Notes: generated from the letters alone by a model not told the origin. Numbered from the stretch's first letter, positions 36,546-49,351 are shown. The stretch: 64,000 bases of DNA from Vitrella brassicaformis CCMP3155 (GCA_001179505.1 CDMY01000405.1:186001-250000), one strand, 5' to 3'. Program-made: numbers and translations.

Positions 36546-39500
36546 GTTTTGCTGCCCACCGCACCCGGCTCTTTGATGCACTGAAATGTCGTTGGGTCCT
36601 CGTAGAACCCGTCAGGACAGACGCAAATGGCCATGACAGCCCCAAGACGATTCTCACAACTGGCCATTTCGTCACAGACGCCAGGGAGAGCGCACTCGTC
36701 GATGTCCACACAAACGCCGTCCTCCGCGTACTCACTGCCAGGGAAGCAGAGGCACTCGCCGTATCCCTCGCCGACCTCCGATGCAAGACACACGGGGCAC
36801 TCCTGCGGGCCGTCTTCCGCGTCAGTGGGCGGGGGGCTGTCCGCACAGGGATCGGTGTCGGCGCATGCGATGTTAAGCCAGAAGTAGGACGTGGTTTCAA
36901 GGGCGGAGCTGTTGGTCTGCATCCATATGCCGCTGTGGGGGATGTTGCCGACGGAACGGACAAAGGCAAACACGTCGGGGGCGCTCGGGTCGCTGCCGTT
37001 TACAAAGAGCCTGAAGTGAATGAACCCAACACAACAGGCGATGGTGCAGGCAGGCATGGCCCGCCCCGACAAGTGTCTGTGTCTGTGGCTCCTCAATCTG
37101 CCTGCCTTCTCTCACCATGATTCGTGTCTCGCGACAAACACTAGTGTGGCGTTGTTGCGATGGAAGGTCGGCCACGACTGAGAGACGTCCTCTGCCTTCC
37201 ACATGCCGTTGGCCGCTTCATGTGGCTCGGGAAAGCCATAGATGGAGAGGTACTTGCACACCTCACACGACCCTCTCACCAGCTGCACCTCGTCGATGGC
37301 CACGGGCAGGAACTGCTTGGATCCTACAGATGCCCCATTGCGCGTTGCCTCAAAGGTGATGTTGAAGGCACTAGAAGCGGAGAATCGCGTCATGGCGAGC
37401 TGCCAACTATCGCCATGGTCCAAACCCCCCACCGCCCACAGCTCCCTCGACACCCCGTCTTCAGTCTTGGTCACGGTCAAGCTGCCCACAGCACTGCCGA
37501 ACAGGTGGTAGGCGAACTGCAGGCAATACTTGGTCAGTGGCGATGAGGGGATCTCCGGCGGCGACGTGATACGCGTGGAGCCCTCCATCCCACTACTCCA
37601 TGCCCACAGGTACGATGGCGAAAAGTAGCCGGCGCGCGGCAGGGAGGTGACATCTGTTAGCAGGTCCTGTGGACCGGTCGACCAGGCTTCTGTGTCGCTG
37701 AGGTCGTTCCTGTAGCCGCACATGGCGCCTTCAAACGAGCATGACACTTCCGGACACCCCCCGTCCCATATCATGATGTCGTCCAAAGCCAGCCCGCCCC
37801 CCCGCTCCTTGAGATAGACATGGCCCTCAATGACGACGCGGAAATCCACATCTGAGCTGAAGAACAGCCTGGCAACGTGCCAGGTCCGCCTTCGCTTCTT
37901 CAAATGGGCGCTAGTCCAGCGCGCAATGGTGCGAGAGGTGGCGAGGGAGGTGTAGTTGCCCGTTGACGCCGGGACCACATAGATAGCCAGGCGGTCGGCA
38001 GGAGACGTCGACTCAGGGGCGGTCAACTGGTAATGGACTTGCAAGCAGAACCCCTGCACACCACAAAAGACATCCATGGGGGGGGGGNNNNNNNNNNNNN
38101 NNNNNNNNNNNNNNNNNNNNNNNNNNNNNNNNNNNNNNNNNNNNNNNNNNNNNNNNNNNNNNNNNNNNNNNNNNNNNNNNNNNNNNNNNNNNNNNNNNNN
38201 NNNNNNNNNNNNNNNNNNNNNNNNNNNNNNNNNNNNNNNNNNNNNNNNNNNNNNNNNNNNNNNNNNNNNNNNNNNNNNNNNNNNNNNNNNNNNNNNNNNN
38301 NNNNNNNNNNNNNNNNNNNNNNNNNNNNNNNNNNNNNNNNNNNNNNNNNNNNNNNNNNNNNNNNNNNNNNNNNNNNNNNNNNNNNNNGGGGGGGGGAGGG
38401 AGGGATCCGTGCGATAGGGGGCTCTCTCGCGTGTGTGTACCTTACCTTGTTGTCGTCCGATCCTGAGTGAATAGGCGAGATCAGCCGCCCAAGGCCCTCT
38501 TCCCGCCCGTCGACAACGCCAAAAGGGCCAACATAGAGGAACGCATAGAGCACCCCGGACGAAGACATGGTGTGGTCGCCGGTCAAGGCCTCGCCCCCGT
38601 CTGCCGTGCGCAGCTTGCCGGCCGCCACCTCCAGACTCCAGTCAAGCGTGTCGTTTTCTGAGTCCTGCTCCCAGCCGCAGAACCCATTCTCAAAGTCACA
38701 GGCGATGTCCTCGCTGGTGGGGATGTAGCTCTCACACGTGATGCGCACGTTGGTCAGAGTGCTGTTGAGCCGCTCCCCGCCCGACACGAGCACCCAGTCG
38801 CTGTCGATGGGCGGGAGGGAGAGCATGGGGCTGTCGACGCCGAGCGTCTCGGCAATCACCACGGGCTCGCTGGTGCCTCCTGCCGTGTAGGCAACTTTCC
38901 AGCTGTCCGACAAGGTCGACCAGAAGACGAAGAGAGGGCCGTTGCTGAAGGTGCTCTTGCCGTTCTGGAAGCCAGAGCGGAGCCAAAAGGTGCTGGCCGA
39001 TCGGAGGACGGGGTTGGTGGAATCCTGCAGACGGCCATGGCTTCTCAGGAACGGACAGGGGGCGCACTGGCCGGCCTTGACAGCGATGTCGTCGATAGCA
39101 ATGAAGAGGTCCGTCGGAGCGTCGGGGGCCGCTGGCTCGCCAGTGTGGGACACCCAGAAGCCAATCTAGGGAGACAGGCAGGCAGGCAGGCAGGCAGGCA
39201 CAAGCCACACAAGTATCCACACACGGCACCTGGTGAGCCCTTTGTGCTTGGCTGGCTGACCTGGAATGCCTGATCCATCTCATTCAGCTCCACCTGCACC
39301 TGCCTCCAGCCGTCGGTCTCGCCTCTCGCCGCCTTGACACGCGTCTCATTGCCCGCGGTCTCGTTAGCTCTCAAAATGGAGACCTCCAGGACATACTGCC
39401 TCTGGACGTGTGTCCACACGAAGAACTCCAGGCATCCCTGGCCGATGGGTGGTGAGGGGGGCGAGTAGACGGGGGGGACGGAGAAGGTGGACGCTTTGAG

Positions 39501-42176
39501 GGACGGACGAGAGAGATCCAACAGGCCATACTGACCTGCGGAGCACGGACGGGGGGGCGGGAGCAACGCAAACCGGGAGGGACGGTGTGTTGCGTGTTGG
39601 GTGCTGTGCTGTGTGTGCCGTCGTCTCACCCTGTCCTGAGCGTTGTGTGCGGTCTTCGGGCGGCCCCGGCCTGCGGCCGTCAAAGAATCGCCTCTCGAGC
39701 TCCCACCTCACCTCGCCGCCAGTGGTGTTGTCTTTGGAGAAGTTGAAGTCGTGGGCGTACCCACACGTATGGCCCTCTTCAAATCCGCAAGAGCCGATCG
39801 CACCACAGAACGTCAGCAGCTCCACCTCTCCCCTCTTCGCCGTGTCGTTGAGAGATGAGGGGACCAATTCCACCGTCTTGTTTGGCAGCATGTTGGTCGC
39901 ATACACAGTCCAGTTGCCCGACCGGGGGCGGGTGTTGTTGAGCTGTGACGGGACGTCAGGGGACAGCAAGGGCGAAACGAAGGTGAGATTCTCCGTGCGG
40001 ATGACCCATCCGGGCAGCGACTGCTCCCACACGATCGACGGTGGGCTGGTGTCGGCGTCACCATCCGCTGTTGCCTTGAGCGCCCACGTGGCCTTGCCGC
40101 GTTGCCTCGCCGGTGACTTTTGCCACTGGTCAGAGAGTGCCGCGGGCCAGAGGGACGAGTTGGAGTAGAGGGACAGCACGTCGCACTCGAGCATCTGCAT
40201 GCCCGCCAGCAGCGCCCTGTGGGCGTTGACCCGACCCGACGTCTTGGTGAAGCTCATCAGGTGGGGCGAGTAGTCGGCAGATGAGACAACGGCAGTCGCC
40301 ACCTGCAGTTATGTATCACACAACAGAACCAACAGGCACACAGTGACCCTGACACACACACACATATGGTCTCCCCCTGGCCCCGTCACCCACTGACCTT
40401 TGTGGCGGTAAGCTCAGGAAGATAATCCCACACTAAGGCCGCGACGCCCGCGACAATCGGCGCACTGATTGACGTACCCGTTGCCATGCGATAGACGTCC
40501 CCGAATGTGCTCAGGATCTCCACCCCGGGAGCGACCAGATCAACCGAGTCTTTCCCAACGTTGGAGAAGCCCGCCATTTCGTCCGACGGCAGGCTGGACC
40601 CGACGCACAGCACGTTGGCCGCCGACCAGCCGCATGGGAAGTCTCTCGAGCCGATGGTGAGCCCGTCGTCAGAGATGCTATCGTTCTCCTCGTTGCTGTT
40701 GCCCGCGGCGGTCACGATGAGGTGGCCGAGGTCCGCCAGGCGGCGGACGATGCGCCTGAGCATGACATTGACGAGGAAGGGCGACTCCCGCCACCCAAAT
40801 GAGGCTGTGGAAATCTTGGCCCCCATCCTCGCGGCGTACTCCCACCCCCGAGCGAACGCATCGTCCCTCCCGTGGCCACGATCGTCAACTGCCTTGATAG
40901 CCATCAGGCGAGCCCCCCACGTGACACCAACCACACCCTGCGGACACCACAGCAGCCACACACACATGTCAGGTGACTGAATCATGACTATGCTTGGTGC
41001 GGTGCATTTCTTTCGCTTGTGTGACCTCGCTGTTGTTGCCGCGGGCTGCCAGCAGTCCGGCAATGTGCGTGCCGTGCTGGTCGATGGCCTGACGGACGGA
41101 AGCACAAACATCAAGAGGAAGAAAGACGCTGGCGTGGCGTATCGTGTTGTGCTGTGCTGTGTTGTGTTCTGCTGTGTTGTGTTGTGTACCATCGGGTCAT
41201 TGTTGTCGTCAACGAAGTTCCAGCCAAACACATCATCAACGTAGCCATTCCCATCATTGTCAATCCCATCACCTGCACCGCACACCGTAGGCTCAGTGAC
41301 CGTGCTTGGCACGGCCATGCCAAGGCCACCAACCCACCCCCTCCCACCTGGGACCTCTCCTGGGTTGACCCAGATGTTCTCCCGGAGGTCAGGGTGGTCG
41401 TAGTTGATGCCGCCGTCGACCACAGCCACAACAATCCCATTGGTCCCCCGGTGGATGGCCCAGGCCTCCTCGAGGCTGACCTTATCCACCCACCACATGC
41501 CACTCTCATTGTACAGCGGGTCGTCAGGCAAAACCGCTGCTGCCCCTCCCCTACCCCGCCGTGGGTATCCCTCCTGCCCATTGGTGGCCAGTCCCCCGCT
41601 CGCCCTGGTCCACCCCAGCTCCCCGCTGGCGAGCTGCTCTTGACTCAGCGGCCCCACGATGCTCTCCAGGTCGATGGGGTCGGTGTCGAGGTCATCATAG
41701 ATGCCGCCCAGCCGACGCCGGCGGGACGGCGTGTCGACGAAGGTGCGGCGGCTCTCGTGGTAAGCGGCGATGTGCGGGTCGGCTTCTAGCCTTGATATGA
41801 CAGACTGAAAGGGACGATAGCATCCTCGTATGTGTTACCACGTGTGTGTGTGTTGGGTGGTCGTTCGGACCTGCGCCGTTTCGTTGGTGTCGTTGTGGAG
41901 GTGAAGGATCTCGATGCCCGTGAGAGGGAGGGACTCGATTATGGCATGGCCGTCCCATTCTGCAGCTACCTCGGCTCTCTTGGCCTCCACATCTGCTGCC
42001 GACAGCCCTTCGTCAAACATGAACATAACACTCACATCGCCATGTGCAGCTGACGTGCCTGAAGCAAGAGATACACACATGAGCTGATCCGCCTGTCTGC
42101 ATGCGCACCGTGTGAGCGTACCATTGTCGCTGAGAAGCAGCAAGGCCACTGCCCACAGAGCCAGTCCAATCAGCAT
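33646..42176 (-). CDS. Giant secreted subtilisin (S8) with 3 MAM, EGF/EGF-Ca, 2 SRCR and unassigned modules
   Basis: Signal peptide MLIGLALWAVALLLLS and a prodomain. Catalytic triad: VAVVDGG (Asp 41415-41417), HGTHIAG (His 41074-41076), GTSISAP (Ser 40470-40472), oxyanion AAGNS. MAM domains: CGFEEGHTCG...IAIDDIAV, CDFENGFCGW...LALDDIMI, CSFEGAMCG...VAIDEVQL. EGF-Ca DIDECALPG. SRCR domains: VRLVDG...GRVEFY...WGTIC and VRLDLG...GRVVIYRDGKWGIVCG. The model spans two N gaps that lie in introns. Confidence 0.88.
33919..34218. other. Assembly gap (300 N)
   Basis: Exactly 300 N after a poly-C run, inside the last intron of the subtilisin gene. Confidence 0.99.
38088..38387. other. Assembly gap (300 N)
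   Basis: Exactly 300 N between poly-G runs, inside an intron of the subtilisin gene. Confidence 0.99.
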
Positions 42177-42670
42177 CAAGGCCTCATGAAAAAAATCAGC
42201 CTCAATCACCAAAACCGGGCAGATCTGCCTCACACGCAGTGCTGCCGTACTTTCTTCACACACGCACTCCGCGCTGAGCTTAGCTCGCAAATGCTGGCCC
42301 CAATGTCGCGGGGGGCGCTCGTCGTTTCTCGTTTTGGTTGTTTTCCCTATCGCCCCCTCCCCCCCAAGCTTCTGTCGACGCCACTCCTGGCCCCTCTGCA
42401 CCACCCTCGTTTCGCCCCTCTGCAAGGAGAACCTCCTGTGCACAACCAGGCATTCCCCCACCGGTACGGCCCTCCCCCCCGTCCTCAGCGTGATTGAGGA
42501 AGCCCTGTCAACCGTTCCGACGAGCCCAACACAGTTCTTGTCCCGCCCGCTGTCTTCCGGCACGTTCTGTCTCGGCCCAAACCACCAAGGACTTCATTTG
42601 TTGCTTGCAATGAGGTCAACGAGGTCTGCCTGCTCGGCCCCTCTGCCGTGTTGAGCGCATTGTCAACGTC

Positions 42671-44930
42671 ATGTACGGCCCTCAAGACCCCAACGCTCAC
42701 CCCTTCCTCGCGGCCATCAGCATCCCGGCCAACCTGCAGTTGCAGTTTCCACAACCGCAGGACGCCACACACACAGTGATGCGCGGCGTCCATGCTGCCA
42801 ACAGCTATGACAGCAACGCTGCCGCTGCTGTTGGGGCTTGTGGCAGGCTCCAGCCGGACCCGATGATCTTCCGACCGAGCACTGTGGACACACATACGGA
42901 GGAGGGCAATCACATGTCGCCCCACTTCTGCATCAATGGGAAGAAACGTTCCATCGCCATCGCACAGCTGGACCCACCGATCCCCGCCGAGGAGGCCGCC
43001 AAGGAGGAGGCCAAGCGGCGGGTGGTGATGCCAAAGAAGGAGAGCAACAACAGCAAGGTCCCGGGCCGGGGGCGGGATGCACAGCGGGTCCACGCGACGC
43101 GTTCTAGCGACCAGGGTGGTGTGTGTGTCGGTGATGGGATCGGGATTGGGATTGCCGTGTCGGACGGGAAGGGGAGTGGAGAGGGGGATGAGGATTGGGC
43201 TTTCTGTGGGCTGCAGCCGCACTGTCACGCGGCCGTTGATGTGCCTGAGCTTGAGGCCGACCTGTACACTTCCTCAGTCGACGGAGTCTACTTCCATCAG
43301 AACCAAAGGGTCAGTGAACAATTCCATGCCTCTGCGTGTGTGTCTGAATTTAGTCCAATGCATTGAGTGCAGGAGTGGCGCGCCAAGTACAACCAGGACG
43401 GCCACCGCCGCATGAAGACCTTCTCCGCCCGCAAGTTCGGTTTCCAGGCGGCGAAGGACCTGGCCGAGGCCTTCGCACACGAGCACCGCGTACCCACACG
43501 CACCAAGCCGCCAAGGGCAGCCACCGTCGCCCCCAGGAAGCAGCCACCGCCCCATGCGCCACACCGGCGATCAGAGAGTGTGAAGAGTGTGAAGGTGTCC
43601 GCCAGGTCGGTCCCTCCCCGGGAGCGTGAGGCCCGTCTGAGGGAGGCGAAGGGCTTTCTGGCGGACTGGGGAGTGGATCCTCACGTATGCGACGCACGGC
43701 TGGTGAGACACGAGACAGAAGAAGGAAACAGAGACGCGGCCCGTCACGTGTGTGCGGCTTTTGGTTGTGGGGTTCCATCCCGTGCAGGCGTCGGGTTTGT
43801 TCCGCCGTCGTGTCGGTGTGGGTAACATCGGGCAGTCGTTTGGCGAGAAGACACTACTGCGGTTCGACGTGAGTGAGCACTCATAAACTCTACAGACAGA
43901 CGCTCATTCTTCAGCACATACCTAACGAGGGATGTGGATGTTTGTGTGGCGTGATGGATCGATCAGACTGAGCTAACTTTCCTGGATGACTTAGAGGACG
44001 TGGTGCGTGCCAGTGAGGAGCAGCAGCTGCACCCGGCCACCACCGAGCCGCTCTGGGACGAAGAACCCGCCTCACACAATGGCATGCAACTGCACACAGA
44101 CACAGACACTTAATTAATCCACCCACAGGCGTTCATTCGCCATGTCTCTCCCTCCTCTGTGTGTGTGTGTGTGTGTGTCTGCAGGGGTGTCGCCCTCCTC
44201 AGAGGAGCATGGGCATGATGACGGCGTCTCCTCCACCAAGATCTCCACCAAGACCCACCAGACGTCGCTGCCCATGGCACCTGAGCCATCCAAGCCACAG
44301 ATTGTCTCATCCTCACCATTCGCGCCGCCGCAAGACTTCTTCGGCCTCCCTCACACCAACTACCGTCAGCAGCACCACCAGCAGCAGCGGCAGGAGCAGC
44401 AGGAGCAGAAGGGCCGTGTGGGCAAGAGCAAAGGCAAAGGCAAGGGCAAGAAGCGGGCGACGCAGAAGAAGTCGAAAAAGGGCGGAGGGGCTGACGAGGA
44501 TGTGCATATGGAGGATGTGGGAACCCACACGAGTGTGCTGCCGCCCCCTCTGCCCCCTCTGCTCGCGCTGCCGGAGAGGCGGGAGGAGACGGGAGCACGG
44601 AAGCCGAACGACACGGCTGTGGGGCTGAATCCTCCCCTGTCCGTCTCTCTCTCTCTCGGTATGGCTGACCCCTTCGCTGCCTTCGCGTCGGCTGCTCTTT
44701 GCCAGGAGCCCCCAAAACACCACCACCACCACCAGCAAGACACCTCAGTTGCCCCACATCAGCCCCTGGTGCAGATGCAGATGGTGTCGTCTTCCTCCTC
44801 TCACTCCGGCATGCCGCACGTATACGCGCATCAATATCATCCCTATCACCCGGCCCCCCCCTTGTCGATGTCTCCTGCGGACCCGTTCGCTGCCCTGTCG
44901 CCCTACTTCATCGTCCCCAAGACACGCTGA
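42671..44930 (+). CDS. ApiAP2 transcription factor (single AP2 domain)
   Basis: AP2 domain VDGVYFHQNQR|EWRAKYNQDGHRRMKTFSARKFGFQAAKDLAEAF, split by a 63-nt intron (43310-43372). Downstream exons 43836-43868, from 43967, and 44185-44930 can be joined in frame. Without that splicing the ORF would end at 43825. Confidence 0.8.
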
Positions 44931-46346
44931 CTGACGGTTGCGGGCGGAGGGAGGATGGTATATCGTGAGTGAGAGACGGGGGAGGCGGTGCCTCTGTGTG
45001 TGTGTCTGTCTGTGTGCGAGGGGGAATGGAATGTGTGTGTGTGTGGGGGGGGGGGGCCAATGCCGTCTATCGCGAAAGCATACATACCCCGGGCTTTTGT
45101 AAGGACGGGCGGCAGACAGGTGGACGGACGGACGGACGGACGGGCGAATGTGTGAGAGGGTCTGTCGGGAGATGGACGGACATCGGTCAGGTCAGGTCAG
45201 ACACACCCATGGAAGCTGACTGACGATGATTCAATAAATAATGAATGAGTCGAGTGGTCACGCAAGTAAGTGTGCACACCGTCCTACTAGGGCAACATCA
45301 ACGGGAAACCACTTGACGATGCACACACACACACACACACACATGGAATCGCTGGCGAATTGACGTGCACACGCACACTTACATGCAGGGCGGCGGCGTC
45401 AGGCCCACTTCTCTCTCCATCCCCCCTCCCCTCCCCTCCCCTCCAACACAGACAGGCAGACATGCACGTGACTGGACGCCACGAGAGTGAGAGAGTGCGA
45501 AGAAAGGTAGCCGCGATGAGGTGAGGGCGGCCGAGTGACATGCAGAGAGAGAGAGAGAGAGAGAGACGTAGATATAAAAGTGACTGACATGCAGCACCAA
45601 GAGGTCCACGGAGACGTGCAAACGTGGACAGAAAAAACAACGTGAAAACGTGCAGACACGAGACGTGGAAACAAAGTAACCCTACACATAAGTCTGTGAA
45701 GAGACGTGTAGCACCTAGGCAGAGACGCGCAGAGACGTGGATAGAAAGCGATCATGGAGAGAGAGAGAGGGTGGGGAGAGCGGGAGGGGGCCCATGTCGG
45801 GCATTAGACACACACACACGCACACGCACGAGAGTGGAAAACCATAACATGACGCGGCTTCTCGTGGTCGGTCGGTCCTTTCCACACACACAGACACACA
45901 CACGAACACGCAGACATGAAAGCAAGAATGGCGGCAATCACTGATCTGTGATGCGATGCATGTGGAATGAATCCATGGCCGCGACTGCGATGACACAGAC
46001 GGAGGGCCGACAGGGGACGGGCCGACACCCAAACTTCCCGCCCGCCCCGCCCCGCCCCGCCTCACCCTCGTATGTACGAAATGAACACCAGGAAAATCAC
46101 ATCACATGCATAGACACTCACGCACTCACCAAGCGACCAAGCAATCAGTCAATCCCTAGCTAGCTATGATACAATCCCTCACTCAGTTACTCAGCCTCCC
46201 TCCCTCCCTCCCTCCCTATGCACTTACAGTACGCGGCAACACACCACACAACACCACGCCGTCCCGCAGCCAGTCCTTGAAAATCCTCCACCCCTGCCCT
46301 GCCCGCCCACACCCACCGCACGGCCGCTGAACGTCGCTCGCTGCAC

Positions 46347-49300
46347 TCAGCCCCTGAAGCCGATGAGGTAAGGGTTGACGTGCCCCTCCACCTGGAGGGG
46401 CATGTATGGCGCATCCTCGCCGCCGTCATTGTTGCCATTCCTCCCCCCGATCAGGGCGACCAGGTCACGACAGGTGCCATCGCTCGACGATCGGCCGCTG
46501 CTGCTGACGGCGTGGGCCTTGGCCCCCGGCCAAAAGCCCACCTTCATGCCATTGCGTGGGTGTGCGGGGGCAGCAGCAACAGCAGCAGCAGCAGCAGCAG
46601 GAGGAGGAGGGCTGCTCGTCAGGGGAGGGGGGAAGAAGGCATCAGCCCTGTCCCTGTCCATAGCAATGGCCGTGTCGGTCTGCGGCGACGCTTCCGCCTT
46701 GGCGAGAGTGTCGGTGTGGGGGGTGGTGCTCTTGTTGGTGTGTGTGTTGGACCGCGGGATCTCCTCGTCATGTCTCGTGAGCTGGGGGGGCGGAGGCAGA
46801 CACGGGATGGGCAGGAAGGACGTCGGCACCGCCTGGCCTGCCGGCAGCATCTCCCGAATCTTGCTGAGCAGCTGCTGGGGGGTGGGATGGCCGTCCAGGA
46901 GCAGGCGCAGCAGCTGACGCACCAAGTTGAATCGCTGCACGCTCACGCGCGCCAGCTCGTGCTGCAGCTGCATGAGGACCGTCTTGCACTCGACCGCCCG
47001 CTGCCCGCCCCCTGCCAACGTCGGCTTGGTGCTCGCCTTGACCCAATCCCAACACACCGTCCGCAGATATGGCACCACCGACGCGGGCGGGGTCACCGCA
47101 CCAGAGGCACCCACACCAGCACCAGCGGCCGACGCGGCCCTCGACGCCATGCTCTCAGCTGGGGAGGCATCCTTGTTGGCGGCCAATGCCTGGCCGACCA
47201 GGACGCTTGGTGGGGCCGAGGAGGGCGACACGTCACAGTTGACGCTCGAGGGGTTGTTGAGCTGCAGAACGGATGAAGACGGCGGCAGCACCGGCAGCGT
47301 CAGCCGGTTCCCCGAACCCATGTCGACCGTCACTGACGCCCCATCTGTCTTGGGCGCGGTCACCTTGATGCGTGTGCCCTTGCGCCGCATAGACGGCTGC
47401 GGCTGTGGCTGTCCGCCTGGTCCCCTGGTGGGGTGTCGGTGGGCGGGGTGAGGCGACCACGGAGACGACGGCTCCTTCTTAATGATGCGCCGACCGCGAC
47501 GCGACACGCACACTTCGTCATCACCACCACCCGTGTCAGGACCGGCTCCCTTTTTTCCAGGCCCTGTCTTCTTGTCGCTCTCGGGCGTCTTGGGCTTGTC
47601 AGACTTCTTGAAGCGGCCAGTGATGTCGTCCCGCGGCGCGTCCGGCCGGGCGGCCTTCTGGTGAGCAGTGGGGGTGTCAGTGTCCTTGTCGCCATCACGG
47701 TCCCGTTTGATGCCTTTGCTGCGCGTCTTGCCCTCGGTGAGGACCACGTCGCTGTCGAGCAGGGGGTCCTTGTCGACTTTGCGCGGCTTGCCTGGCGCGG
47801 GGGGGAAGATGCCGAGTTTCTTGAACTTTTTGCGGAGCTTCTTGCGTCGCTCGATGGCCTCGTCTGTGTAGGGGTCGCCTTCGATGCGGTTGTGGACGGG
47901 GTTGGCCTCTGCCCACTCGTCGGCGAGCTTCTTGGCCTCGTGGTAACCGTATTTCTGCATTCATTGACACACGGACGGAAGGAACAGCAGAAGAGATGTA
48001 TGGAGTTGGAGGGGCGGCGGTCGGAGGGGCGAGGCTCCTTACGTTGCTGGAGAAGGTCTTCATGCGTCGGTGTCCGTTGTCGATGTAGCGAGCACGCCAC
48101 TCCTGCAGTGGGGACACAACACAAACAACACAAACAACACACACACACAGCGTATCCATCTCAGTCGACATCCCCTTCTCTCTCCATCCTGCTTGCCCCG
48201 CCCAACCCACCCACCTGTTTGCGATCGTGGAAGTACACCTGGCGCATCATCCTTCCCTTGACAGCCCTGCTCCTGTCGGCCCCGCCGCCCCCGCCCCCAC
48301 TCCTCGACCCGTCACGCGACTCCCACTCCTCCTCCGAGTCAGACCCGCCATCCTCCTCACGCACACCACAACCACCATCACCCCCAGCAGCAGCAGCAGC
48401 AGCAGCAGGAGCAGCAGCAGCAGCCCCGTCACACTCGCCCCTGTCCTCCTCCTGGAAGTGCCGCCACATCTCGTCCGGCACCTTCTTGCCCTTCGGCTCC
48501 TTCCGCTTGCCACGCTGCGCTCCTCCCGTCTCGTAGTCCCGAGCCAGTTTGGGGTTCATGCCGGCGGTCGAGCGGGCGGGGCGGCGCCTTGACAGCAGGC
48601 CGCCCATGTCGCCTGTGCTGGCCGGCTGCTGCTCCGGCTGCAGCAGCTGCTGCTGCTGCTGGTCTCGCTGTTCGCACGTGGCGAGTTCGTCGAGCAGCTG
48701 GTCTGCGGCGCCCTGGATGATCTGGAGGGGTGAGGGGAGCGCGGCGTCGGGGGTGGCGGGGCCCATGCTGGCCGGTTCGGCCTGAGGGATCTTGCTGGTG
48801 GATGCCTTTGTGCGGTCGGCAGAGGCCGCCATGAGCTCCAGCTCCTCATCCTTCTTGATGTTCTGGATTGTGTGCGGGGAGAACTCACGACCGCCCTCCA
48901 CGCCACTGCTCTTGGTGCCGTTGGACTGAATGGCCAACCTTCCCCCCTCGCCAGGAATCCGCGCCTTCTGTATGGCGAGTCTTGGTGGTGGCTTCTGCCC
49001 AGGTAGGCGTGACGAAGACCCACGAGCGTCCACCAATGCCGGGGTGCGTGTGGGTGTGGGGGGGACGGACTGCATGGTCGGGACGGGGTGCATGAAGGGG
49101 CCAGCAGTGGGAGGGATGGCCGTCTGCCGACCGAACGCCTCGGTGTGTCTGTGATCTGCCGGCCCAGAATGAGCCACAGCCACCGGGGGGAAAAGGGGGA
49201 AGTATGCCGGAACAGGCGGGATGGCAAACAGGCCGTTGGTGGCCTCGCTGGTGCCGTGTGCCGGTTGAGGAGGGACCCCATGCGGCAGATGGGGATGGCC

Positions 49301-49351
49301 GGTCAGACTGGCGAAGGGGGGCGGTGGTGCTCGGGGGGGACCCTCCGCCAT
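46347..49351 (-). CDS. ApiAP2 transcription factor (single AP2 domain, TAFH-like helical segment near the C-terminus), 3 exons
   Basis: Exons 49351-48215, 48102-48043 and 47954-46347. AP2 domain MRQVYFHDRKQ|EWRARYIDNGHRRMKTFSSN|KYGYHEAKKLADEW, with a Pro-rich N-terminus. Confidence 0.85.

Noticed and set aside
35555-36581. Long antisense ORFs opposite real exons (also 39587-40168, 46380-47451 and 47433-48536)
   Set aside because: Shadow ORFs expected in GC-rich coding DNA, with no recognisable motifs.
43620-44012. SAM-like helical segment in the first ApiAP2 (FLADWGVDPH|SFGEKTLLRFD|TELTFLDDLEDV)
   Set aside because: Too short and divergent to call by eye, and it depends on an unconfirmed splice model.
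44082-44184. Apparent GC-AG intron in the first ApiAP2 gene
   Set aside because: A canonical GTGAG donor at 44013 gives the same phase, so a non-canonical donor is not required.
46790-47060. ACDC domain in the second ApiAP2
   Set aside because: It lacks the ACDC pattern as I recall it; a TAFH-like reading fits better and is reported as a hypothesis.
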